63,235 nucleotides of DNA, filler included, from Dugesia japonica (GCA_001938525.1; 5 parts of 5 records of this genome joined end to end with filler, not necessarily neighbours in it), one strand, 5' to 3'; positions 51,660 through 63,235 are shown, counted from the whole stretch's first letter. The notes: generated by a model from the letters alone, not told the origin. Made by a program: numbers and translations.

Positions 51660-52070
51660 TCAATAATTGGATTCCATTTCCTCAGTGCTGGATTAGCCAA
51701 TTTTCCCGATTATTCGATCATAAATTAATCTCGATTGTACCTCCTTTAATTGATATTCGATTTTTCCTTCTTTTTATCCTACTCAACATTAATTTGGTCA
51801 TAATTGCATTTCCCCCTTTTTTAGTGCTGGATTGGCCGATTTTCTCTCATGTTGCGGTTATAAATTAATACCGATTGCATCTCTTTTCCTTGATATTTAA
51901 TCTCTCATTCTTCTATCATAACTTTAAAGTAATTTAACAATAATTGCATCTCATTTTGACGTGTCGAATTTGTCAATTTTAAATCATCTTGCGGTTCCAA
52001 ATTATTATCGCTGGTGTCTCTTTTCCTTGATATTTAATTTCTCATTCGTCTATCATATAATCGAATCTCA
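51660..52070. repeat. ~139-bp degenerate tandem repeat x3
   Basis: agtgctggatt at 51684 and 51823; ataattgcat at ~51800 and ~51940; tcttttccttgatatttaa repeated. Confidence 0.7.
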
Positions 52071-52605
52071 TTTGTTGCAATCGTGGGTTTGCTAATTTTT
52101 CTTCACGGGTATTATTTTTTTAAAATTTGCTTTTCTGTTCTCCGGGAGCACGACCGTTAATTAGGGCACTCAGATTTTATAATATAAAAAAAACAATGGT
52201 GTAAATTTTTCAAATTAAAATTAAAATTAATTTTCTTTCAATTATCTGTTCTTCGATTTTAGAAACTAAATTTTCTTTGAAAAACGAAATTCGACGATAA
52301 AATTACAAAATTAAAGTTCAACTCTCGCAAAAATTGAATTGTGGTTCTGACGATTTCTTCAGTGCAAACGAGTTTTATTTCTCGTTTGCACCCCAACTTG
52401 GAATGACTCATTCGTTTGCAAATAAGCATTTTTTTTCGTCCAATCCAGGTTTATGATTGGTTGCTGTCTCCTTCTCCTTCGCGGTGCATCTCTTGGCTAA
52501 GTTGTNNNNNNNNNNNNNNNNNNNNNNNNNNNNNNNNNNNNNNNNNNNNTTAATTAATTAANNNNNNNNNNNNNNNNNNNNNNNNNNNNNNNNNNNNNNN
52601 NNNNN

Positions 52606-52657
52606 GGGGGGGGGGCTCTGCATGTGTGCTGAGGCTGTGCGCTACTATCTATCTACT
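52606..52657 (-). repeat. Third Maverick terminal end, abutting element 2
   Basis: The minus strand reads AGTAGATAGATAGTAGCGCAC, 18/21 identical to the terminus at 38002. Confidence 0.7.
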
Positions 52658-53318
52658 GTATTAATATATAAATTTTTAAAGAAAAGCAATCGTGAATCAA
52701 TATTATTTAATTTATCAAGCTTCTCCTGTTTAAAAGAATTAAATGTAAGTGTATTGATTTTTTTTTCGTTTACACTTTTTATATTTTCATCAACTTGTTT
52801 CACACCATCTTTTAAAGATTTTATTTCTTTATCATGCGCTAGTTTAAAAGAATTAAATATAGCTTTGTTAACATTACCATTTGATTTTAACTCGATTTCT
52901 TTATCTATTAGATCTTTAATTTCTTTATCTAATTTAGTTTTAAATTTTGATATTTTAGATTCAATCATTTCATTCACTCTAGTAATAAATGTATCTATTC
53001 TAAACTGTGTTCTATTATCTGTATCACAAAGAAGATCCTTTTTCTAATTTGATTAGTTTATTTCTTTAAATATTTGTTATTTACAACATCATTATCAATT
53101 TTAGGTTCTTGAATAACTTCTAGTTTTTCTATTTTATAACCTGATTCATTTACATAAACTTTATCAAGATTATTTATCTCATTACTAATTTTATTATTTA
53201 ACTTGTGTTCTAAAGGTTTAGCTAATTTAGCTTCAATATGTTTAATTACATCTTCTAAATTAAAATCACTTGATTGAATAGTTGAACCAAATATATTTGT
53301 ATGTATAAAAGTACTCAT
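52658..53318 (-). pseudogene. Fibre-like/coiled-coil virion protein
   Basis: MSTFIHTNIFG start, VYVNESG and EPKIDNDVVNNKY (P..D.DxVNKxY-type motif), followed by repetitive coiled-coil sequence. Confidence 0.45.
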
Positions 53319-53339
53319 TTTTTATTTTGTTTAAAAGTA

Positions 53340-53753
53340 AACACTTTTATTCTATTTATGATAAATTACATAGTATCTTACTTATTTATTCAAAAGTGAT
53401 TCTAAATCTGAGTAAATAGAATCAATAATTCTATCAAAAGTAATAACTGAAAATAATAACTGAATAAAAATAATTTTTATTTAAAAAGATTCTACTTCAT
53501 CCGGAGGTTTAATACCATATGAATCAAAATTTATAAGTTTATCCTTAAAACAAACCCAATAAGACCCGTTTTTATTTGAGCTTTGATAATTAATAATTAC
53601 ATTGTGTTTTTTAGTTGTCTTTAATTTATAAAGCTCATCGTTCATTAATATTTTAACAGGTAAATTTAATTGAATAGAATATTATTTTAAATCAAAATTT
53701 GTTTTAGTATTAATACCAAATGTTTTTAAGAAATCAAGTATTGAATATTTCAT
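53340..53753 (-). pseudogene. Adenain-like cysteine protease (inactivated)
   Basis: IINYQSS.KNGSYWVC (normally G.HW) and FDSYGIKPP.EV; no catalytic Cys segment recognisable. Confidence 0.8.
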
Positions 53754-53767
53754 TTTTATTTTATTAG

Positions 53768-54439
53768 ACTTGTTTTAAATGTAAAAATATACTAATAGTT
53801 TCGCCATTAAAATCTATTAAATTATTATATTCACCAACAACTGAAGTCTTTAGGATTAGACATTCTTTCAACAAATTTAAAACCAAAAGGTACTGTGTTT
53901 ATAGGAAAAGAATATAAACATTTTCTTCTTTTCCGTTAACATAACTTCCTTTAATTAAATCACAAGTAATATTTATCGTTGTAATATTTATTATTTGAAT
54001 CTTATTAGTACTAGCATATTTTTCTTCTTTATTATAAATGCCTGGATTAAATCCTAGAATTGTATAAAAAAAGATGTGTTTTCAATAAGTAATATTTGAT
54101 CTTTTGAATAGTTAATTCACATTTAGATGTAGATAAATCAGCTTTAATTTCTATTTTATATAATTTAAACTTTTTGTTTAATTCTTTAATTTCATAAGCG
54201 CCAGGATTAATCACAATTACTTTATCATTTAATTGAAATTTGTTATTTGAATTATTAATATTAAAAATAGTATTATAACAACTAAACCATAATAATCCTA
54301 ATTCATAATTAAAGTCTTTATGTAAATCTATAGGTGTAGGAAAATCAATTTTAAATTCAGATGTTTTTGATTGTGCTGATATAGATGTTGAGAATTTTGA
54401 GCTCATTAAAATAATTAGCTTTTCCATTTCCTTTTCCAT
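53768..54439 (-). pseudogene. Minor capsid protein (penton)
   Basis: F.TPIDL....YELGL..F..YNTIFNIN.SNNKF...I.PGAYEIKELN, INITCDLIKGSYVNG and IDFNGETISIFLHLK. Confidence 0.85.
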
Positions 54440-54454
54440 TTTATTTTGTTTTCG

Positions 54455-55280
54455 TCAAAAAATAATTATACTTAACTGTTGAAATCAAATGATTAATACT
54501 TAATTTACTAAGAATACTTTTAATTTGTTGATCGACATTATTATGACAGCTTTTTGTGCAGCAAATAATTTATTTAATTCTATAAATAGATTAATAGGAT
54601 TATCGTCGCTTTCTTCATCATCACTAATTGAGTTGAGATTACTTATTATGCCTCTTCCTTCTTGAATTAATGGCCCGTCATTTGATAAAACATATTGCTT
54701 TAAACTTTTAATATAATTACTTGTTGTAGATGATTTACATAATTTGATTAAGTTTAAATATTTCTTTATTATTAGAGTTTTTACCTAAAATTAAATTCTC
54801 TAAATCACTAGTAAATTCTAATTCAATTTTATCTAATTGTGAATATATTTATCGTGTTCCATTTCTTTTAAAGAGTAAAAAGAGATGTTTATTAATAGAT
54901 ATAATTTTATAGTTAACATTATTTAAAGTTTGAACAGTAAATTCAGGACAAATTGTTACTGTTATTGAATTAGTAATATCTTGTTTCATATCAATTGGTT
55001 CATAATTATCAAAATCAATTAATAGTGGTTGTTGCTGTTGTTGATCTTCTTTTTTATCCTAAATAGCTGGTTTAGTTTGTTAAGTATTTTCAATTGCAGG
55101 TAATTGCGTTGTTAATAATGTTTTATCTATTCTTTCCAATGCTTTAATTGTAGGTGTTTGCTGTTGAGTTAAAACATCATTTAAAATTGTTGCTTCTGTT
55201 TTTTCAAGTAATTCTTTATTATTACATTTATCTTGTTCTTTGATTAATTTTTTTAATAAAGCAATTCTATCTTCATACAT
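54455..55280 (-). pseudogene. Conserved Polinton/adintovirus helical protein (G.G...P..L..EL..L.A...A C-terminal motif)
   Basis: N-terminal ..PTIKALE.I coiled segment and C-terminal EGRGI....DNPINLFIELNKLFAAQKA; frameshifted. Confidence 0.5.
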
Positions 55281-55329
55281 TTTTTATATATCTAGTAAAG
55301 TCTAATGTATATTCCTAAACAATGATTTG

Positions 55330-55847
55330 ATTCTTTTATTTTAACAATGCCGCTCAATTTTAATTTCCTTCCTGTTTCATTTATTACTGATTTTACTGAA
55401 TCAGGTAAGTTTGATTGATTAATTAAATTCTTTATAAAATTAAATACACCTTTTCCTTGATAGGGATTCAAATAATTTTTTTTTACCTTTATAACTTTCT
55501 ACGATGCCTTTACCTTTAAATGGTTAGACTGGTTGAGTAGTTTTATTTTCTGCTTCTTTTAATTGTCTTAATTCTTCTTCAACCTTTTGTCTTTCTACAC
55601 CTAACTTTGAAGCTTCTCTTGCTTTAGAAACGGTTGTTGCTACTCCTCTAGCAATACCAGCAGCGCCAGATTAATTGCAGGAATTAATGTTAATAATGGT
55701 AATATTCTTCCTTCTTTAGCTTCTTCATTTGTAATTGCTTCTTTAACTTTCTTTCCTATCCAATACTTTTTATTATCTATTAAAAAAGATTTTGATTAAT
55801 TAGAATATATTAATTCTTTTAATTCAGTTTCAGTTATATTAGTCATT
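55330..55847 (-). pseudogene. Polinton core or membrane-active precursor protein
   Basis: KEGRILPLLTLIPAI..GAAGIARGVATTV followed by repeated P(F/Y)xGKG motifs. Confidence 0.6.
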
Positions 55848-55865
55848 GTTTTTTAAAATTATAAA

Positions 55866-56658
55866 ATGAGTACAGATTTACCGATTTGAAATAAAAATAA
55901 AACATTATTTAATAATAAAATTTTAATAAATAATTTTAGATTATTAATCATTGGTTCCTCTGGTTGTGAAAAGAATGTATTATTAATGAAGATGTTATTA
56001 GTTGATGATTTTATGGATTATAACAATTTAATATTTTATTCTACAACTATAAATCAAATTGAATTACAAATATTAAAAAAAGGTTTAGAGAATAATATAA
56101 CTAAGAAAGCTATTTTAAATATATTTAATAATCAAGATAGAATACCAGATGAAATAAATAGTATTGTTGAATGATATAAAGAAAATATTAATAATTCTGA
56201 TATTAAAACGACATCTGTCTGAACGTCAAACTTTTAATAAAGATGAATATATAAATGAAGAAAATAAAATTGATGTTACATTTTCTAATAAACCTGAAGT
56301 TATTATTTATTGTGATAATCTTCATAAAAATAAAAAGAATTTAGTTATAGTAAATATGAAAAATCAAGATATACAGAAATCCTATTTTACTAGAGGAAGA
56401 CATAATAGTTGTAACTTTATTTATATCTCTCAATCTTATTATGCTTTAGATAAAAACTCGATTAGAAATAATTCTAATCGTTTTATTATTTCCAAGTTAA
56501 ATAAAAGAGATAAAGATATGGTTTATCAAGATTTAATTAGTAATATCGAACCGGATAAATTATCCTTTAATAATTTTATTAGAAATCATTGGAAAGATAA
56601 ATATAATTACATCTATTTAGATAGAGAAAAAGAAGAGATTATTGAAGATTTGTTTTAG
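55866..56658 (+). pseudogene. A32/FtsK-like packaging ATPase of element 2
   Basis: FRLLIIGSSGCEKN (degenerate Walker A), YFTRGRHN, YISQSY and IRNNSN; contains a stop and frameshifts. Confidence 0.85.
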
Positions 56659-56693
56659 TCACTGCGTTTTAAAATATGTTTTGAGTAATTCAT

Positions 56694-57560
56694 CTAAAAA
56701 TTAGTTTTTAGTAATTCATTATCATAAAATCTACCTAATATATCTTCATTATTTAAATCAGTTATTCTATGTGTAATTGGTTTCGTATGATAAATTTTAG
56801 TTATTATAAATATTTCATTAGTAAATTTTGTTGTATATCCTTTTTCAAATTTATTTTTATATATGAATATTCTTACTCTATCACTTATTTGAAACTTTTG
56901 CTTAAATTCAAGATCATTGTTTTCATTGTTGTGTTTATTAATGATATCTTTTATTTTCTCAGGATTTTCAGATGCTTCTTTTGGTAATAACTTAGTACTT
57001 GAATGAATTGAATTATTATATTCATTGACTATTTTATCTAATAATACTTTATTCCAATCCTGTTTCCCAATTAATGTAAAATATTTAAACATTTTATTTT
57101 TCAAAGTTTTTATTAATCTTTCAGCAAAAACTGATTTACCTTCATTCTCTGTGTGATATAATTTAATATTATTTTCATTTATAAATTTATCAAAGTATTT
57201 TGATTTTATTGCTGATTCTTTAATAAACCAAATTTAATGAGGTACTCTATTATTTTCTTCAAATATATTTTCATAAGTTTCTCTTAAAGATTCTTGAGTT
57301 TTCTTTATTATTTGAATACAAAAAGCATATTTCGTATATAAATCTATACAAACTAGAATATATCTATACTTTTCCTGATCAGTAGATTTTTTAATCATAT
57401 CTGCCATATCGCATCCCCACGTGTGATTTTTATTATGTATTTGTACTTTTAAAAATCTCTTTGTTTTTCTAAATTCATTGTGCAATTCGGAAGCATAGTT
57501 TATTTTATCATCTTGAGGTTCAATAATTTTAGTGTTATTGTCAATGTCTTTTTCTTCCAC
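56694..57560 (-). pseudogene. Retroviral-type (rve) integrase of element 2
   Basis: TWGCDMADM, YILVCIDLYTKYAF, KSVFAERLIKTLK, YNNSIHSS, FEKGYT..FT.EIF and GRFYDNEL. Confidence 0.9.
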
Positions 57561-57599
57561 CGACTATTCAATAATCTTTTGATTAGCTTTATTTTTAGC

Positions 57600-58030
57600 A
57601 GACCTATTTAATCCTCCTCCAACTTATACTTTGCCTTTCATAGCTAATTTAACTAAAGCTCTTGGAATCTTTTCTTTAAATGAAGGATTTTCAATATTAT
57701 TTAAATCATGAATAAAATTTACATCAGCAATATTTCTGTCTTTTAAATCTTTAGATTTATATGCAATGTCCTGTTTTAATGTTGCTGCGTCAACTTTATT
57801 TTTTGGTTCTTCTCCTAGTAAAAGATTCTTATTTTCATCTAATCTAATATCTAAAATCGTATTAAGTCCAGTATAATTATGTCTAAATAAATGTCTTTCA
57901 CCAGGATATTTTTTAAACGTAAATGGTTTTATAATAATGTAGTAACTTTGGAAGATTGAATATCTCCTCCAGTTTTCTCCCAAGGAAATTTATTAATAGT
58001 AATATCTATTGATCTATTTATTGGTTTATT
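57600..58030 (-). pseudogene. Parvovirus VP1-type phospholipase A2 (PLA2X-like)
   Basis: HNYTGLNT (YxGPG loop, degenerate), P.NKVDAA.LKQDIAY (HDxxY with H replaced by Q) and R.IAD. Confidence 0.8.
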
Positions 58031-58209
58031 TAATTGTTTTATAATTATTTTTCTGACAGGGAATTAAGATTTTTAATATGTTTATCTGTTTTTCATGCCT
58101 AGCTTTATGTTGACGCAAAGTAAAAGAATTAAATACATTACAGTACCAATTTAGATCATTGATTTTTATTTACTTCTTTATTTATAAAAATAAAACATCT
58201 CTTTTTACG

Positions 58210-59464
58210 TTTTCTATTATACCTATTTTGCCTCAGTTTAATCTCATTTCAATTTTTTTTCTTCAAGAATTAAACAATATAATTTAGCTTTGAAACCTGT
58301 ATCTTTTGTACAATGTAAAGTAACATCAACATTTTATATAGCTAATTTATCATCTTGCGCTGACGTATCAATTCAAAATATTCTATATAATTTATTGAAA
58401 TCTTGTAAACTAAGTTGTGATTTGACTTTAAATTTTTTACAGGAATTTATATATGAACTAAAAGGAAATAACATTTCGTTATTCGCTATATTAAACTCCA
58501 TTCTGTTGACTAGATAATATGTATTATTTAACTGTATTTGTATTGATTTTAAACTATTTGTTCCATCTGTAACTATAAATAAATTACTATACTTTTCAAA
58601 GGCAATAGTTGTATCTTTAAAACCAATTAAAATATATCTTGGTCTTTAGGCTTAATTTGCTAATTTAACAGAATAGGTTGATCCTTCTCCCATATCAATA
58701 ACAGAAAAAATTCTATTTAAATAATTTGCATATATAGATTTATTTGAATTTAGTCTTTCTAAAAGAATTACTTCTGATCTTTAATTAAACGTCCACTCAG
58801 GTATATGTAATTCTATTGTTATTAGCTTTAATTTAGCAGTTAATTTGTCTGCTCCATAAAATAGTAATTTGTCTTCTACTTGTCTGTTGCATATTAATTC
58901 GATAAATACATTATGTAAAACTTTATCGTAATTCTGTAGAAAACCGAATAAATATTTTAAATCAAAATATCCTTCAAATTTCTTTGTAGTATTATATAAT
59001 AATTTTCTTTTATAATAACCAGTATTAATATATTCTCCTGAAACATCGTTTGTTCCTGAGCTATTATCTGGAATCCATCCAGTCATTTCTCCGTATTCTT
59101 TTTTATAATCAGTGTCAATTAAAATAAAGTTTAACATTGATGGATTTAAAATAGATTCTACTTCTGTTGAACCTAATTTCAATCTTATATTACTAAATAA
59201 ATAAGGAAACAAATTATTTTCTAAAGTTATATCATCTTTATCTGTAGTAAGTGTTATTTCAATTTTATAATATAATCNTGCGTTACAAATATCTAAAGGA
59301 TTCGATGATTGTAATGATTGAAAAACAATATCTCCTGATTTATTTAAGTTAGAAATTGAACCAGATGTTGGAGAAATCTTTAATATATCGTTTTTCTTTA
59401 TATCGTGTTTGAATTCTTTATTGTAATTCAAATTAAGTTTGGATTTTTGCTCAGATGTTGTCAT
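58210..59464 (-). pseudogene. Double-jelly-roll major capsid protein of element 2
   Basis: LENNLFPYLFSNIRL.LG..EVE, LKYLFGFLQNYDKV, RPRYILIGF, IQIQLNNTYY and IDTSAQDD; frameshifted at ~58780. Confidence 0.88.
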
Positions 59465-61071
59465 TTTTTAAAAAATCAAAACTAAAATAAAACCAAAGGA
59501 ATTTATTTTTATTAATTTTTTTATTTTTATTTATAAATTAGCGTACAAAATATGTTATTTTTTTATTTATATTTGTTTTTATTAATTTAATAAATAATTA
59601 ATTGATTTTTTCAACGAAAAATAAAAGAATTGTTTAGCAAAAATATAAATCTTTATAATCTAATTAAAAATTTTTAAAAAAATCCTTATTTTCAAAATTT
59701 TATGCAAATAATTTTGTTATTATTTTAAAACATGAATGTTGCATTAATACAAATTAAAGTTTATATAATTAGATAGTTTATTGAAGTAGAAGGCGCTCTA
59801 TGGATACGAACTCTCTAAAACTCGCTCCGAGGCTTGGGGTTTGCAAGACGAAAAATTAAACCCTGTTATAAAGAAGTCCAACTAGAGTTTCTAAAACATA
59901 TTTTATGACATTATCGGCTTCTATATATTGTTTTAGAAGCCAGCAGTCTTGGGGAAATCTATGAAATAATAATACGGGACTAAAACAAATAAATCCACAT
60001 ACCTGACATGCACACATACAATCAAACATTATTAATTTATACGAGCCCTGAGAGATGATTTTGTAATCATCTCACACCCCCTCGTTTTAAACGGCTTTAG
60101 CCATTCTATATTTCGAACTATCTCTTTACCTTCAGAATTTCTCAATTTAAAGCTATTATTGTGTATTTCATTTAAATTTTAAAAGGTCCTCCATATCTAT
60201 TTTTACCAGTACATTATCACCAATTTTTAAATGTCTATGAATTCTTTTATCATTATTTTAATCATTAATCATATTAGCACTGAGAGATGATTTTGTAATC
60301 ATCTCACAAACGCCTTGTTAAAGGAGTCGATGATTCTGATTTACTGTTACAGAAATTACTTGCATGTAAATTAGATTATTAACGATGCATAAATCACCAT
60401 CTCATTCATTGGAGTTTTATTAATTTATAAATTAAATTTATTTTTAGAAAAATATTTTATTAACTTATTTATGTTCTAATTTATTAAAACAAAATCCAAA
60501 AATATTTATTAAGAATTGACAACTATAAATAATCTGATAAATAAACAACTTTATTTAATTGAAAAAGTATTGAATTTTTTTACTGGACAATTTAATGCAA
60601 CAGACTGTATATACTCACGCACTTTTTTTTAATTTAAATTTTTATCATATTTTTAATTTGATCAATCCATAATATCATGTTTTTAATTTGAACAACTTGG
60701 TCAAAAAAAAAGATGATCCAATTATACTTTATGATTTGATTTAAATTTTATAAGCTCATATTAAATTAAATTTCATCAATTGAGTTTGCTTGTGTTTTTT
60801 CTAAATTGCTTTATTAATAATTAAACCATCGATTTCACCATTTTATACAATGATGTCGATTATATTAAAATTACAAACGTGTGTCATTGAAGCAAACACA
60901 CACACACGTTAACATATGCTTATTTTAATACAAACATTCTAAATTTTGTTATGTGGGTAATTTATGATGATGTAGTGTTTTTGTATTAATTTTTCAATAA
61001 TTTATGCTTAATTTTGATTGTAATATTTAAAATTTAAGTGGTTTATTGAAAATTATTTTGGATTATGAAAA

Positions 61072-62765
61072 ATGAGATTTAAACTGAAATGTGAAAGTTT
61101 ATCTGGTGAAATTTCCATACTTGAGGTGAATGAGGCAGATCGGATTGACAAAATTAAAAAAAATTTATCACAAATAGTGAATGTGAAATATGAAAATATT
61201 GGATTTTTATTTAAAAATCAATTTTTATTTAACGATGAATTTGTGAGTGATTATCCAATTGGAAATGAGGAAATTGTTGTTTATTTTCAATATGAGAATT
61301 GTGTGAGGTGATTATTTGAAATATTGATTTTTTTAAAATATAATTTGTTTTTTTTATATTGAAGATATTCAATAAGTGATTCTGTTGACGACAGGTTGGA
61401 GATTTTTTATTAATAGATTGATTTAGATTAAATGGATTTATAGATTGAGAGAATTGAATAACAATATTATTATTGACCAGGAAAATAACAAGATAATTAG
61501 AGTATTTGTAAAGAAATATAACGGTGGTGAAGTGTATAATTTTGATTTACCAATACGATCGAAGGTGGCACATTTAAAACAAATGGTTGCTTGTAAAATT
61601 AATATAAATCCAATTGGAATTATTGAATTGGTTTTTCGAGGAGAACTTCTGTTGGACAAGAGATCTCTGAACTTGTACGACTTCGATGATTGCGATACGA
61701 TAATAGCAATAACGAAATTGTAATATTGATTATCAATATTGATAGAAAATAACTTCCAAATAGTGTTGAAGGACCTGTTTCCAGTCGGTATTTATCGATG
61801 TACAACTTAATTACCAAATTGGGAGTTGGTTTTTTTGGAATTACATTTCAATGCAAAGAGAAATTATCGAACCAAATTTATGTGCTGAAACAGTTCAAAA
61901 TATCAAAAGAAGATGACATCGAACGAAATTTCGAAAAACAGTTAGCAGGTTTTCTTTCAATGGAAAAACATCCGAGAATTGTCGAGTTAATTAAACAAAT
62001 CAATGATGTTAATTCATCATATTTGCTGATGGAATATATTGATGGGGTAATATTGATCGATAATGGAATAATCAATATATGATTGCTGCAATCATTATTA
62101 ATATTTACAGAACAGCATAGAATCGAAATTAATGAAGAATGGAGCTCTTTCTGAAACAGAATCTGTCAAATATGCACAGCAAATTTTAGAAGGACTTGAA
62201 TATCTCCATATTCACAGAATAATTCATGGAAATATCAAAGGTAAATCAATTGAGAAATCGATTTATTGATTTGAATTAATTATTCTAATTGATTAATAAT
62301 TACTTTTTCAGGAAGTAATATATTGATTGATGGAAATGACAATGTGAAATTATCAGATTTTGGTTTGAGGACGATTTTTCGTAACATTTCAAATAGAAAT
62401 ACATGTAATGAAGGGCTGCAATCAGAAATTGGTGCTATCAATTGGTTGAGTCCAGAAATGATTAGAGGTGGTCAACTTGTACCTGCATCTGATATCTGGT
62501 CATTTGGTGCTGTTATGGTGGAGATGATCACTGGTGATTAACAGGATTTTCATTTGATTTTATTCGCTTGATTACAGGACAAATACCACATTTTGGATTA
62601 TCTGTTGGTCAAATTGTATTTGCCATCATGAAGGGACAGATCCAATTCACATGTCCAACATTTTACAAGGACCATGTCAAATCATTTATCAACATTTGTT
62701 TGAAGTTACAACCAAGAGAAAGAGCTAATTTTGATGATTTATATGAACATTCTTTCTTGAAATAA
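61072..62765 (+). CDS. Tandem ubiquitin-like domain + STE11/MEKK-like pseudokinase, 7 exons, 454 aa
   Basis: Exons 61072-61307, 61365-61394, 61444-61719, 61764-62046, 62111-62240, 62312-62533 and 62578-62765. All introns are GT-AG and the exons total 1365 nt in one open frame. Motifs GVGFFG, VLK, HGNIKGSNIL, DFG, WLSPE and DIWSFG. Confidence 0.85.
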
Positions 62766-63109
62766 AATTTGACAAACATTATTCATTTGGCATCTTATCT
62801 TCATTGTTAAACATTAATTTATTATTATCGCGGTCATCTAGTTTTATTCTGATCCTGTTCAATCGTTAGAATTTCTTTTCCTCTTGCTTTACCTATCGTT
62901 ATTATATTTCCTAGCTGTTTCTTCTCAGCTTGTTTTGTTGCTTTTATTTCTCAACTTTTTTCTCGATATCAGCAATTCTTTTTTACTTTACCTTTTCATT
63001 CTCAATCTTTAAAACTTACTCCTATATCCTAGAACGTTTTAACTTTCTATATGCTTGAGCTCTTATTTTCTTCTTTTCTGATTCCTGCCTATGCTTGCCT
63101 ATCGCTCTT

Positions 63110-63235
63110 ATATCACGTGTTCTACTCTAACAACAAGAATCATGTGTTCTACCCTAACAAAAAGAATCAAGTGTTCTACCCTAACAACAAGAATCATGTG
63201 TTCTACCCTAACAACAAGAATCATGTGTTCTACCC
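63110..63235. repeat. 27-bp tandem repeat (gtgttctaccctaacaacaagaatcat), running off the window end
   Basis: At least 4 near-identical units. Confidence 0.92.

Larger units (their letters stand above)
52658..59464 (-). mobile_element. Polinton/Maverick element 2 (adintovirus-like, PLA2-bearing type), decayed
   Basis: Cluster of MCP, PLA2, integrase, ATPase (+ strand), core proteins, penton, adenain protease and fibre-like ORFs. Confidence 0.9.

Noticed and set aside
52362-52391. Perfect 11-bp stem hairpin (gtgcaaacgag...ctcgtttgcac) as a terminator or ncRNA
   Set aside because: Isolated, next to a gap and without supporting context.
30846-59464. Elements 1 and 2 plus the pPolB fragments as one giant Maverick
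   Set aside because: Capsid, ATPase and integrase genes are duplicated and dissimilar, termini intervene, and two synthetic spacers separate the parts.
59786-59800. agtagaaggcgc as a fourth Maverick terminus
   Set aside because: The match is short, the spacing differs, and the orientation is wrong for closing element 2.
63110-63235. CRISPR-like array
   Set aside because: The units are contiguous with no unique spacers, the context is eukaryotic and no cas genes are present.

Overview
Very AT-rich eukaryotic genomic DNA. The 44-71 bp introns and the mariner/Ty3/Polinton content would fit a planarian flatworm, but that is inference only. Four artificial 100-bp spacers (44 N + TTAATTAATTAA + 44 N at about 18.4, 30.8, 41.4 and 52.5 kb) split the window into five segments whose adjacency is unproven. 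Two host genes are visible: one Na+/Ca2+ exchanger exon (157-279, minus) and an intact 7-exon gene (61072-62765) encoding two ubiquitin-like domains fused to a probable STE11/MEKK-type pseudokinase. The rest is mostly decayed mobile DNA: mariner, hAT, MULE, Helitron-like and several Ty3/Gypsy elements, plus two different endogenous Polinton/Maverick (adintovirus-like) genomes. Maverick 1 (30.8-38.0 kb) has MCP, minor capsid, a deleted integrase and a packaging ATPase. Between its ATPase and its terminus lies an unusual cargo arm: a TATA-binding-protein-like gene, a putative OB-fold SSB and two paralogous intron-containing genes of unknown function. This arm is my best candidate for an undescribed system. 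Maverick 2 (52.7-59.5 kb) has MCP, a parvovirus-type PLA2, integrase, ATPase, penton, adenain protease and fibre-like ORFs. Three related Maverick-like terminal motifs (AGTAGRTAGA....GCGC) occur at 38002, 38861 and 52657.
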